From Blastocatellia bacterium (GTDB taxonomy: Bacteria > Acidobacteriota > Blastocatellia > UBA7656 > JADIYM01), in assembly GCA_021463145.1 (NCBI GenBank), contig JAJTWZ010000003.1, positions 35,319 through 99,318 of the forward strand: a DNA stretch of 64,000 nucleotides, in the 5' to 3' direction. How positions within the stretch are numbered: position 1 is the first letter of the stretch; every line of letters begins with the position of its first letter. The translations under genes were made by a program, and so were the position numbers. Shown piece after piece: positions 26,675-35,068 of the stretch. The notes below the pieces were generated by a model, which saw only the letters and a program-made list of their open reading frames with translations, did no database searches and had not been told where the DNA came from.

Positions 26675-27976
26675 CTATTTCGCGAACAGAGGCCGGTAAC
26701 CGAGCAGTCTCGCAGGTTTGTTTCGTTTCGGAGTCATTGCGGCAAGCGCCACGAATCCGGAATCGGAGATGGCTGGACGTCCGATGGATCCCCACGTCGC
26801 AGGCTCGCCCGTCCAGACAACGCGTCCAGTCGCGGCGTCCAACGCCGAAAGTCTTACGTCGAGAGTGTCCGCCAACGCATCGCCGCCGGTGGATTTGACG
26901 ATCGGCCGTCGAAGCGCGCCGTAGTGAAATTCACTCGAAGGAAAGTAAATCCGCCCGCCGGCCGCGACCAGGTCGTCGGCTGCGGGGAGCGGCGCAACTG
27001 CAAATCGGGCCTTCAACTCTCCAGTCGCAAGTTCGTAGACCCGCAGGTATCCGTCTTCGAGCTCCGAGTTGCTCGCACGGCCTCGCATCGTTAGAAGTTG
27101 GGAGCCCGACAAGGTCGGCGGTATCGGACGGGAGGATTCGTAGGCTTCGAAACGCCAGCGCGAGGCCCCTGTTTCGGCGTCGAAGACGCTCCAACCTCGC
27201 CGGCCGGTCACGACTACGAATCCATCACTCACCTGGATCGCGGAGTTCGTGGTATCGATTGCCTGCACCCATCGCTCGATACCGCTCGGTACGTCGATCG
27301 CCGCAACTGTCGATCCTGACGTGACGAACGCTCTGCCCGCTATTGCCGCAACTCGTGAAGACGAGGAGAGTTGCTGCATCCATAACGGTTTCTTGTCGAA
27401 CAGGGTACGGCTCCCCGTTCGAGCGTCGAATGCGAGCAGTGAGTAACCGCGCCCAATCGCGTAGAAGCGGCCCCCGCCGGAACCGAGCACGGCTTCGATA
27501 TCGGCCTCGTTCCATAACTCGCGACCAGAGGTCGCCTCGAAGGCGCGAATTCGTCCGTCCTGCGATAAAACGACGGCCACATCGCCCTCGACGAGCGCAA
27601 ACGTTCCCGGACGATGCTCGCCATTCCTGGCTGCCAATGCTCGAAGGTCAAGGATCGTGTGAAAACGTTCGGCTCCGGTTGCCACCGAATAGACGACGAG
27701 CCGCAGTGGCTGAAAGTCGGAACTCAGATCGCCATCCGACCCCAGGCAGAACACCGCGTCTCCAGCGAGGGCAACCGTATCGACCTGGTTGAACGGCAAC
27801 TCGATATCCCAGTCGGGGCTAGCCCCGGCTCCCGAGCCACACGCCGACGTCAGGAGGGCAAGCGCAAGGAGGAAAGACCAGGCGAGAACATTACTCTCAA
27901 AGCCGCGAATCGGGCCGGGTGTCGGTGGAGAACAGCGGCGGGCAAACTGAACACGCTGCTTTGCTATTATCGGCAT
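26675..27976 (-). CDS. PQQ-like beta-propeller lipoprotein (BamB-like repeats)
   Basis: Lipobox LLTSAC; repeats IRAFEATSGRELW, AAIDVPSGIERW, VFDAETGASRW, ALDAATGRVVW. Start codon uncertain. Confidence 0.8.
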   Translation of the reverse strand: MPIIAKQRVQFARRCSPPTPGPIRGFESNVLAWSFLLALALLTSACGSGAGASPDWDIELPFNQVDTVALAGDAVFCLGSDGDLSSDFQPLRLVVYSVATGAERFHTILDLRALAARNGEHRPGTFALVEGDVAVVLSQDGRIRAFEATSGRELWNEADIEAVLGSGGGRFYAIGRGYSLLAFDARTGSRTLFDKKPLWMQQLSSSSRVAAIAGRAFVTSGSTVAAIDVPSGIERWVQAIDTTNSAIQVSDGFVVVTGRRGWSVFDAETGASRWRFEAYESSRPIPPTLSGSQLLTMRGRASNSELEDGYLRVYELATGELKARFAVAPLPAADDLVAAGGRIYFPSSEFHYGALRRPIVKSTGGDALADTLDVRLSALDAATGRVVWTGEPATWGSIGRPAISDSGFVALAAMTPKRNKPARLLGYRPLFAK

Positions 27977-27980
27977 CGAG

Positions 27981-30053
27981 ATGTCCGCCCTCGAGATCGT
28001 GATGCTCGTGGGGTTCGCGTCGGGCGCGGCCCTCCATCTATATATAACTTGGTTAATAGCGCGGCGCGAAGATCGATGGGGTCCCGAGCCGGCATTCGTT
28101 GCGCTCGGACTCACTCTAGGTCTGTGGCACGCCGGCAGTCTGATTGCAGCACTGCTGCGTATACTCGGCGTGCCGGACGGGAACGTCGTGCTGCGCGTCT
28201 CGGACACGCTGGTATTCACGGCGCTCGCGTTCCTCCCGGCCTCGCTGGCCCACGCCCACGTCGCCTTTCTCGGTTGGCGCGACGGTTATCACCGCTTCAC
28301 GCGCCGGCTGGTTCGCTCCTTCACGATTCTGGGCTATTCGCCGTTGGCGCTGCTTCCGTTTGCGCTCGGGCGGCTCTGGCACAGCGTGTACGCCAGTCCC
28401 GTCGACGCAATGGGACCGTGGCTCATAGCCTTTTCGATCTGGCACGTGGCGGTTCTGTTCCAGGCTTCGATCGTGGACAAGTTCCTGCGCCGGTACTTCA
28501 CTGACCCGCGTGAGCGCGACTTCTTCGACCGCCTGTCGGCCGCTCTTGTCGTGATCGCGGTCTTCTATCTGATCGTGTATCCCGGCGGGCTGCGACAGGT
28601 TCCATCCATTGGACCGTGGCTGGAAGTTCTCGTACAGCTGGCGTCAATCGTGCCGACTACGATCGTGGCGTACTACATTTTCCGTTACAACCTCTACAAG
28701 CTCGTGATTCAGCGCAGCCTCGCGTACGCATTGCTGGCTGGCATCGCGGCGGTCGTCTACGTTTTCGTGGTCCGCTCTTTCGATCAGTATCTCGTCGCGG
28801 CTTTCGGTGCCCGGCCAGGAGTGATCGAGGCCATCGGTGTCGTATGCATGGTTCTCGTGGCCTGGCCGATGCGGCGGCTGATGGACCGAAGCGTCCGACA
28901 TCTTTTCGTGACCGAAATTGGACACTATCGAACGGTCGTGGAACAGGTCTCGACGGAGTCGCACAGTTTCAATCAGCTCCGCGAGCTGCTGCCGTACGTA
29001 GAGACGGTTGTAACTAGAGCCCTGGGAGTCGATGCGGTCCGAATCAGGTTGGCCGACGGTAACGACGAGACACAGCACGGAGATCTCGACGAGCGCGCCT
29101 TTGCGGCACTGTGGCACGAGATGGTTAGGGATCGGCTGGATTTTGCGGAGGATGGCGCAAGGCTCGCCGCGCTCGGTGCAACGGCCGCGTGGGGACTATG
29201 GCGTGATGACGACATGGTCGGCGTCATGCTCATAACGGCGAGTCCAGGGACGCTCGACGACCAGCGAACGGCCGTGCTGGGCGTGCTTTCGGGGCAGATT
29301 GCGACGGCAATCGAGAACACCCGCCTTGTAGAGGAGAAAGTCAGACTCGAGCGAGCATTGATGACGAAGGAGCGGCTCGCTTCGCTCGGGCAGATGGCGG
29401 CAACAGTCGCTCACGAGATCAAGAATCCGCTCAGCGCAATCAAGTCCATAGTTCAGGTGCTCCGAGAGGAATCCAGTGGCGCGGGACAGGACGAGGACCT
29501 TCGGCTGATAGTCGGGGAAGTGGACAGACTCAATCGCACGGTGACCCAGCTCCTGAGCTTCTCTCGCCCGGCAATCGCGGAATCGACGCCAGCCATGCTC
29601 GGCGAGATCGCGAAGACGGTTGGCCGGCTTCTCGATCCAGACGCACGCGCTGGAGGCGTCAACGTGGGGATGCAGGTCCATGGGGATAGGCTGGTGAGCG
29701 GGGCGACATCGAACGCCCTGCGCGAGGTGCTGATCAATCTCGGGTTGAATGCGGTTCAATCAACTCCGGACGGTGGACACGTGGAGATCCGGATCGACGG
29801 TGGCGGCGAGACGGTTCGGCTCAGTGTCGAGGACACTGGCGCAGGAATCCCCGATGAACTCCAGTTGAAGGTACGCGAGCCGTTCTTTACGACCAGGCAG
29901 CGAGGAACCGGCCTCGGCCTTGCCATCGTCGAACGTAGGCTCACGGAGTTGGGTGGCTTCATGCGCATCGAGAGTCCGATAACGTCAGGACTTGGTACAC
30001 GTGTCAGTTTCGAGATCCAGGCAGAACTCCTGGAAGGATCACCTCGGAGCTGA
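27981..30053 (+). CDS. Multi-TM sensor histidine kinase (TM region, GAF, HisKA, HATPase)
   Basis: About 9-10 hydrophobic segments; LASLGQMAATVAHEIKNPL, NLGLNAVQS, DTGAGIP, EPFFTT..RGTGLGL. Confidence 0.93.
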   Translation: MSALEIVMLVGFASGAALHLYITWLIARREDRWGPEPAFVALGLTLGLWHAGSLIAALLRILGVPDGNVVLRVSDTLVFTALAFLPASLAHAHVAFLGWRDGYHRFTRRLVRSFTILGYSPLALLPFALGRLWHSVYASPVDAMGPWLIAFSIWHVAVLFQASIVDKFLRRYFTDPRERDFFDRLSAALVVIAVFYLIVYPGGLRQVPSIGPWLEVLVQLASIVPTTIVAYYIFRYNLYKLVIQRSLAYALLAGIAAVVYVFVVRSFDQYLVAAFGARPGVIEAIGVVCMVLVAWPMRRLMDRSVRHLFVTEIGHYRTVVEQVSTESHSFNQLRELLPYVETVVTRALGVDAVRIRLADGNDETQHGDLDERAFAALWHEMVRDRLDFAEDGARLAALGATAAWGLWRDDDMVGVMLITASPGTLDDQRTAVLGVLSGQIATAIENTRLVEEKVRLERALMTKERLASLGQMAATVAHEIKNPLSAIKSIVQVLREESSGAGQDEDLRLIVGEVDRLNRTVTQLLSFSRPAIAESTPAMLGEIAKTVGRLLDPDARAGGVNVGMQVHGDRLVSGATSNALREVLINLGLNAVQSTPDGGHVEIRIDGGGETVRLSVEDTGAGIPDELQLKVREPFFTTRQRGTGLGLAIVERRLTELGGFMRIESPITSGLGTRVSFEIQAELLEGSPRS

Positions 30054-30113
30054 ACCCGGCTGGCGGCCATGGAACGATGAAAACAGCCGCTGTTCCCATA
30101 TTTGGCCGTTCGG

Positions 30114-30142
30114 TTGACACCCTCTGTGCGGGTCCGTACATT
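30114..30142 (+). promoter_or_regulatory. Sigma70-type promoter of serA
   Basis: TTGACA-N17-TACATT followed by GGAGG RBS. Confidence 0.75.
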
Positions 30143-30175
30143 GCCCGCTTCAATTGACGGGGAGGACTCTTCGCC

Positions 30176-31756
30176 ATGCGCGTGCTCGTGACCGACAACC
30201 TGGATCCAATCGGTGCGGAGGTGCTGTCTCGCGACGGCACCATCGTGGTTGACGTCGATCACGGCATTTCGCCGGAGGGTCTACTGTCGTGCATTGGAGA
30301 CTATGACGGGCTTGTCGTGCGTTCGCGGTCGAAGGTGACAGCTGCCGTAATCGAAGCTGGAACGAAGCTCAAGGTGATTGGCCGAGCGGGAACTGGCGTC
30401 GACAACATCGACGTTGCGGCCGCTACTCGTCGCGGCATCGTGGTAATGAACGCCGCTGCCGGAAACACCGTCACGACAGCCGAGCACGCAATCGCATTGA
30501 TGATGGCGCTGGCCAGGAATATTCCGATCGCGTCGGCGACGACGAAAGCCGGAGTCTGGGAAAAGAAGAAGTTCACCGGCGTAGAAGTCTTCAACAAGGT
30601 GCTTGGCATAGTTGGAATGGGCAAGATCGGCTCCGTGGTGGCAAATCGCGCAATTGGCCTGGGTATGCACGTCGTGGCCTACGATCCGTATCTCACTGCC
30701 GAACAGGCGGCAAAGACCGGCGTGGAACGGGCTTCACTCGACGAGCTGTTCGCAAAGGCCGACTTTGTCACCGTCCACACTCCAATGACGGCGGAAACGC
30801 GAGGGATCATCGGCAGAGAAGCCTTTTCCCGGATGAAACGAGGCGTTCGAATCGTCAACTGCGCGCGTGGAGGGCTCGTCGACGAGACCGCGCTTTACGA
30901 AGCGCTGATGAGTGGCAAGGTCGCCGGGGCGGCCTTGGACGTGTTCGAGAAAGAGCCAGTGGCGCCCGATCATCCGCTTCTACAGCTTGATTCCGTCATC
31001 GCCACTCCGCACCTCGGGGCGTCGACCGGAGAAGCTCAGGCGGGCGTGGCCGTGCTGATCGCCGACCAGATGGCGGATTACTTGTCGAGGGGAACAATCC
31101 GTGGCGCGGTCAACTTTCCGGCGCTCGGGGCGGAGCAGCTCGAGCAGCTCCGCCCGTACCTGTCGCTCGGCGAAAAGCTAGGAAGCTTCGTCGGGCAGGC
31201 CTTCGGCCACGATCTTACGGAGATCGAAATCGAGTTCAGCGGTGTCGTCGCCGACTACGACGTGCGGCCGATCGCGGATGCCGTGCTAAAGGGGCTGCTG
31301 TCGCCGGTCATCGAGAGGATCAACTTCGTGAACGCGTCTGTCATAGCGACGGAGCGTGGAATTCGCGTCCGTCAGACGACCGACCGGCACGCCAGGGACT
31401 ATACGAGCACGGTATCGATTCGCACGAAGATCGAAGGCGTAGAGCACGAAGCGGTTGGAGCAGTGTTTGGAAGCAGGGATGTGAGGATCGTCCGCGTGGA
31501 CGGTTTCACCCTCGACGCGATTCCCGAAGGTCACCTGGTCCTCACGCGAAGCCGCGATGTTCCTGGGGTGATTGGCCTGATAGCGACAGGACTGGGAGAT
31601 GCGGGCATCAACATTGGCCGGTTCTATCTTGGCCGCCAGGCCGCGGGTGAAGAGGCGATGGCGCTGATTCAGGTCGACGGTCCGGTGGAAGCCGGGCAGA
31701 TTGACGCGATATCGCAACTGCCAAACGTGTTGTCGGCGCGCCGCATCCGTCTTTGA
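30176..31756 (+). CDS. serA: D-3-phosphoglycerate dehydrogenase (type I, with ASB and ACT domains)
   Basis: VIGRAGTGVDNID, GIVGMGKIG, VNCARGGLVDE, AALDVF, TPHLGAST.EAQ, C-terminal DVPGVIG..GINI. Confidence 0.97.
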   Translation: MRVLVTDNLDPIGAEVLSRDGTIVVDVDHGISPEGLLSCIGDYDGLVVRSRSKVTAAVIEAGTKLKVIGRAGTGVDNIDVAAATRRGIVVMNAAAGNTVTTAEHAIALMMALARNIPIASATTKAGVWEKKKFTGVEVFNKVLGIVGMGKIGSVVANRAIGLGMHVVAYDPYLTAEQAAKTGVERASLDELFAKADFVTVHTPMTAETRGIIGREAFSRMKRGVRIVNCARGGLVDETALYEALMSGKVAGAALDVFEKEPVAPDHPLLQLDSVIATPHLGASTGEAQAGVAVLIADQMADYLSRGTIRGAVNFPALGAEQLEQLRPYLSLGEKLGSFVGQAFGHDLTEIEIEFSGVVADYDVRPIADAVLKGLLSPVIERINFVNASVIATERGIRVRQTTDRHARDYTSTVSIRTKIEGVEHEAVGAVFGSRDVRIVRVDGFTLDAIPEGHLVLTRSRDVPGVIGLIATGLGDAGINIGRFYLGRQAAGEEAMALIQVDGPVEAGQIDAISQLPNVLSARRIRL

Positions 31757-31862
31757 CATCGATTGACTTGCGCCAGGAGTGTGCTGAGCCGTCGTGGCTG
31801 GTTCAACCTCCCGCTTCCCTTGGTCCAGGCTTCGAGAGTTTGCAATTTGTGGGACGTAAGTA

Positions 31863-31961
31863 CTGACACTTTTTGTCAGAATGACCGATCACGGCCAAGT
31901 GACGGGTGTCATGGATCTCCGGATTTCAGATCAAATCACTTACATTTGGCTGGGATTTTGC
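31863..31961 (+). promoter_or_regulatory. Putative sigma54 promoter with upstream activator sites
   Basis: TGGCTGGGATTTTGC at 31947-61 (GG-N10-GC); CTGACA-N5-TGTCAG palindrome 31863-79 overlapping GTCAGAATGACCGA-N3-CGGCCA 31875-97. Confidence 0.6.
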
Positions 31962-32081
31962 CAGTAGTCATTTCAGCTGGTGATTTTGAGACGAAATGCC
32001 CCGACTCAGGCGCGAAAATTGCCTAGTGTCCGATCCAGAAGGGTTTCACAGCGGCTCGAATCCAAACCTGAGGGATCTTAC

Positions 32082-32801
32082 ATGAGTCTCGGATCGGGCG
32101 ATTTTCGAAAGCGCGGCCGACTGGAGTTGCATATTCCGGTCCGGGTTCGAGTAAAGGAGACGGATGGGCGGGAGTGGGGGGAACTCTCGCACATTCTGGA
32201 CGTGACTCAGATTGGCGCCTCATTCACTCTCGATGGGCACATCGAACAGGGTCGAATCCTTCACCTTAGCCTCCCGCTGCCATGGCGTCTCCGCCAATTC
32301 GATCATTCGGAAGAACTGTATCGAATCTACGCACTCGTCCGATGGGTGCGCCCCCGCGACGAGGGAGGTTACGCGGTTGGAGTCGCTTTCGTCGGCAAGA
32401 ATCCTCCGGCGAGCTGGATCCATGATCCGTCGCGGATTTATGGGACGTCGAAGGTCGATGACGACAACATTCCTCAGCCGCCCTCGCGAGAAGGTGTGGA
32501 TGACAGGCGCGAAGGCCGGATTCAGGCGGCGTTGATGGTCCAGCTCGATCTGCTGGATGACAGGGGGCACTCGGTAGGGTCGGAAGTGACAGTCACCGAG
32601 AACATCAGCCGGCATGGCGCGGCCTGCTATACGTCGATGAAGCCCAATCCTGGCAGTCTGGTTCGTGTGACGTCTCAGCAGACCGCCTTCGCAACGAATG
32701 CTGTGGTGTTGCGATGCCGCACCGGTGAAGACAATATTGCCCGGGTTCACCTGGAGTTTCAGGACGGCGAGTGGCCGCTGGATATTGACGACGCCGAATA
32801 G
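32082..32801 (+). CDS. Tandem PilZ-domain protein (c-di-GMP receptor candidate)
   Basis: Two RxxxR + [DN]x[ST]xxG pairs: RKRGR/DVTQIG and RREGR/NISRHG. Confidence 0.88.
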   Translation: MSLGSGDFRKRGRLELHIPVRVRVKETDGREWGELSHILDVTQIGASFTLDGHIEQGRILHLSLPLPWRLRQFDHSEELYRIYALVRWVRPRDEGGYAVGVAFVGKNPPASWIHDPSRIYGTSKVDDDNIPQPPSREGVDDRREGRIQAALMVQLDLLDDRGHSVGSEVTVTENISRHGAACYTSMKPNPGSLVRVTSQQTAFATNAVVLRCRTGEDNIARVHLEFQDGEWPLDIDDAE

Positions 32802-32858
32802 GGCGTCCCGATTGCCTACGATCCCGCACTGACGCAGCGGTTCGCCCCTGAGCGTCGG

Positions 32859-32892
32859 CGCCTCGGCTTTCTTCCTCCTGAGAGCCGAGGCG
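32859..32892. terminator. Hairpin downstream of the PilZ gene
   Basis: CGCCTCGGCT / AGCCGAGGCG 10-bp stem; only a weak U-tract. Confidence 0.45.
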
Positions 32893-33173
32893 TCGGTCTG
32901 TTGATCGAGCCCCAGGCCAGGACCGAATCGGGCGTAGAAGGTGTGCTGGCGAGATCGGCGGGAACTGATTTCGGCAGGGACCGGTTGACAAGAACCGGAT
33001 CTGTTTTCAGTTGCGCCTCGCGCGGGGCACCGGTCGAACCGCCCTCGGTTCCTGGATGCCCGCCTGGGTGAATCGATCTCCCGAACCGGGACGCCGATTC
33101 TGTGCGAGTCCGCGACCCCGCGGCCTCGAGTCGACGTCGCCCTCCGCATATGACGGTGCCTGGATTACCTATT

Positions 33174-33191
33174 TCTCTAGCTAACTAGCGA
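33174..33191. promoter_or_regulatory. Imperfect palindrome, possible GntR operator
   Basis: TCTCTAGCTAACTAGCGA (14/18 symmetric) just upstream of TTGAAA at 33195. Confidence 0.45.
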
Positions 33192-33231
33192 TTATTGAAA
33201 ATAGCCGGCTTGCTGTGGTATCCAAATCGCC

Positions 33232-34194
33232 GTGAATCGATCGAAGCAAGGTGGTGAACCCAGTGGCATAGTCCTCAGGCGGGCCGCCGGTCTTCCGGTT
33301 TACCTTCAGTTGGTTGACCAGTTCAGATACTTGATTGCCGCCGGTCGCTTCCGCGTAGGTGAATACTTGCCCCCGATGCGACAGATTGCGGACGAAATCG
33401 GGCTCAACTTGAACACGGTCCTTCGTGCGTACTCCGAGCTTCAGCGCGACGGACTCATTCGGAGTACGCGCGGGAAGGGCGCCGTGGTTATTCGCAGTGC
33501 CCCAGTCGTCTCGCCGCCCGCGAATCCTGGCGCGGAGGGCTGCAGCGATTCCATCGACGAAATCATTGCGACCGCAGTCGAACGGGCATTGTCGGCTGGA
33601 TTGAACCCGTCCGATGTTCTTGCTCGAACGCAAGCGGCCATCGATTCAGCCGGGACTCGGGCGCCGACGGGGCCGGCGGTCGTGGTACTGGCCGCGCCAG
33701 TCTGGCGCGCGCGTGTTTTCGCCGACGCGCTTCGCGCTATCGGCCTCGGGCGCGTGCGCGCCGCTTCCCCTCAGGGTGCAATTGCCGCGAACGAGATAGT
33801 CGTTCTGCCGGTGTTCGGAGTTACTGCCCCTGAAAGCGATGCGGTCGGCGCGCCGACATTGACTGTCAGCGTGCAACTCGACCGGGCCTCGATCAGGGAG
33901 TTGCTCGAGCTCGACCCCCGCGCGGTCGTAGCTGTAGTGGCAGGCGATGAGGTCGCGGCTAAATGGCTCTCGGATGCCGTAGCGGGCTATGCCGGCAGTG
34001 CAAGGATCAATCGCTTAGTTGCGGAGACGCAGGCAGAGGCTGAGGTGGGGGAGGCGTCAGTTGTGGTGGTGGAGGCCGGAATGCCGAACGGGGGTCGTCT
34101 GATATCGGCTGCGCGGCTAATCATGGCCGGTGTCTCGATTCCGATCTCGTTCGCGGAGTCACTCGGAGAGTTGGCAGAGACGCTCAAGCAGTAG
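33232..34194 (+). CDS. GntR family (YtrA-like) transcriptional regulator with extended C-terminus
   Basis: PVYLQLVDQFRYLIAAG..GEYLPPMRQIADEIGLNLNTVLRAYSELQRDG...RGKG. Confidence 0.9.
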   Translation: MNRSKQGGEPSGIVLRRAAGLPVYLQLVDQFRYLIAAGRFRVGEYLPPMRQIADEIGLNLNTVLRAYSELQRDGLIRSTRGKGAVVIRSAPVVSPPANPGAEGCSDSIDEIIATAVERALSAGLNPSDVLARTQAAIDSAGTRAPTGPAVVVLAAPVWRARVFADALRAIGLGRVRAASPQGAIAANEIVVLPVFGVTAPESDAVGAPTLTVSVQLDRASIRELLELDPRAVVAVVAGDEVAAKWLSDAVAGYAGSARINRLVAETQAEAEVGEASVVVVEAGMPNGGRLISAARLIMAGVSIPISFAESLGELAETLKQ

Positions 34195-34393
34195 CCGCGC
34201 TAGTGTGCCTCGCTTGGGGCGCTGAGGATTAGTGGCCGGTCCAGGCCTGCGCGAGGCGCGAACTCTGCTGACCTTGCCGGCGCGTAAGTGCGGGCGTGTT
34301 GAATGAAGCCGTCCTGGCGCCCGACCTTTTTTCGTTGACGGCTGACCTGCGGTCGGTTATTTTCCGACCAGCGGTCAGTAAGCGAGGTAAGCG

Positions 34394-35068
34394 GTGGCAG
34401 TTTCGATCCGACAGAGAGCCCGCAACACCGAGCACAAGTTGGAGCGACGTGAAGCGTTGCTCGCGGCTGCTCGCGAGATCTGGGATCTGGGCTCCTACGA
34501 GTCCACGACGATGGCCGGAATTGGTCAACGTGCCGGCGTGTCAAAGGCTACGGTATACCTGTATTTCGACACCAAGGAGCAACTTCTGCTCGAGATACTT
34601 CGAGAGAAGCTCGAAGACTGGTTCACGGCGCTCGATGGCGCGCTGGATTCGTCGTTCGGGTCCTGGAGCAGTGATCGCGCGGCGCGAGAGATAGCGCTCT
34701 CGTTCGAGGGGCGAAGGTCGCTCGTCCGACTCCTTTCGTCGCTTGAATCCGTTATCGAGCACAACGTCGATGTCGACACGCTTCGTGTCTTCAAGCGATG
34801 GTTTGCCGGCCGGACGTCGGCAACGGGGCAGCGGCTCGAACGTCGGCTGACGTTTCTGCGTCAGGGAGAGGGCGTCCACCTGATTCTTCAGATTCGCGCG
34901 TTTTTGCTTGGCCTTGCGATGCTCTCGGCGCCGTCACCGGCGACCGAGCGGGTGATCGCCGACGACCGGAGTCTTGCGCTTTTCGCGCTCGACTTCGATC
35001 GCGAGTTCACGGACGGACTCCGAACGCTGTTTCGTGGCTACGAGGCGGGCGGATCCGCTTCTGGTTGA
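34394..35068 (+). CDS. TetR family transcriptional regulator
   Basis: RREALLAAAREI...TMAGIGQRAGVSKATVYLYFDTKEQLL; C-terminal VIEHNV. Confidence 0.93.
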   Translation: MAVSIRQRARNTEHKLERREALLAAAREIWDLGSYESTTMAGIGQRAGVSKATVYLYFDTKEQLLLEILREKLEDWFTALDGALDSSFGSWSSDRAAREIALSFEGRRSLVRLLSSLESVIEHNVDVDTLRVFKRWFAGRTSATGQRLERRLTFLRQGEGVHLILQIRAFLLGLAMLSAPSPATERVIADDRSLALFALDFDREFTDGLRTLFRGYEAGGSASG

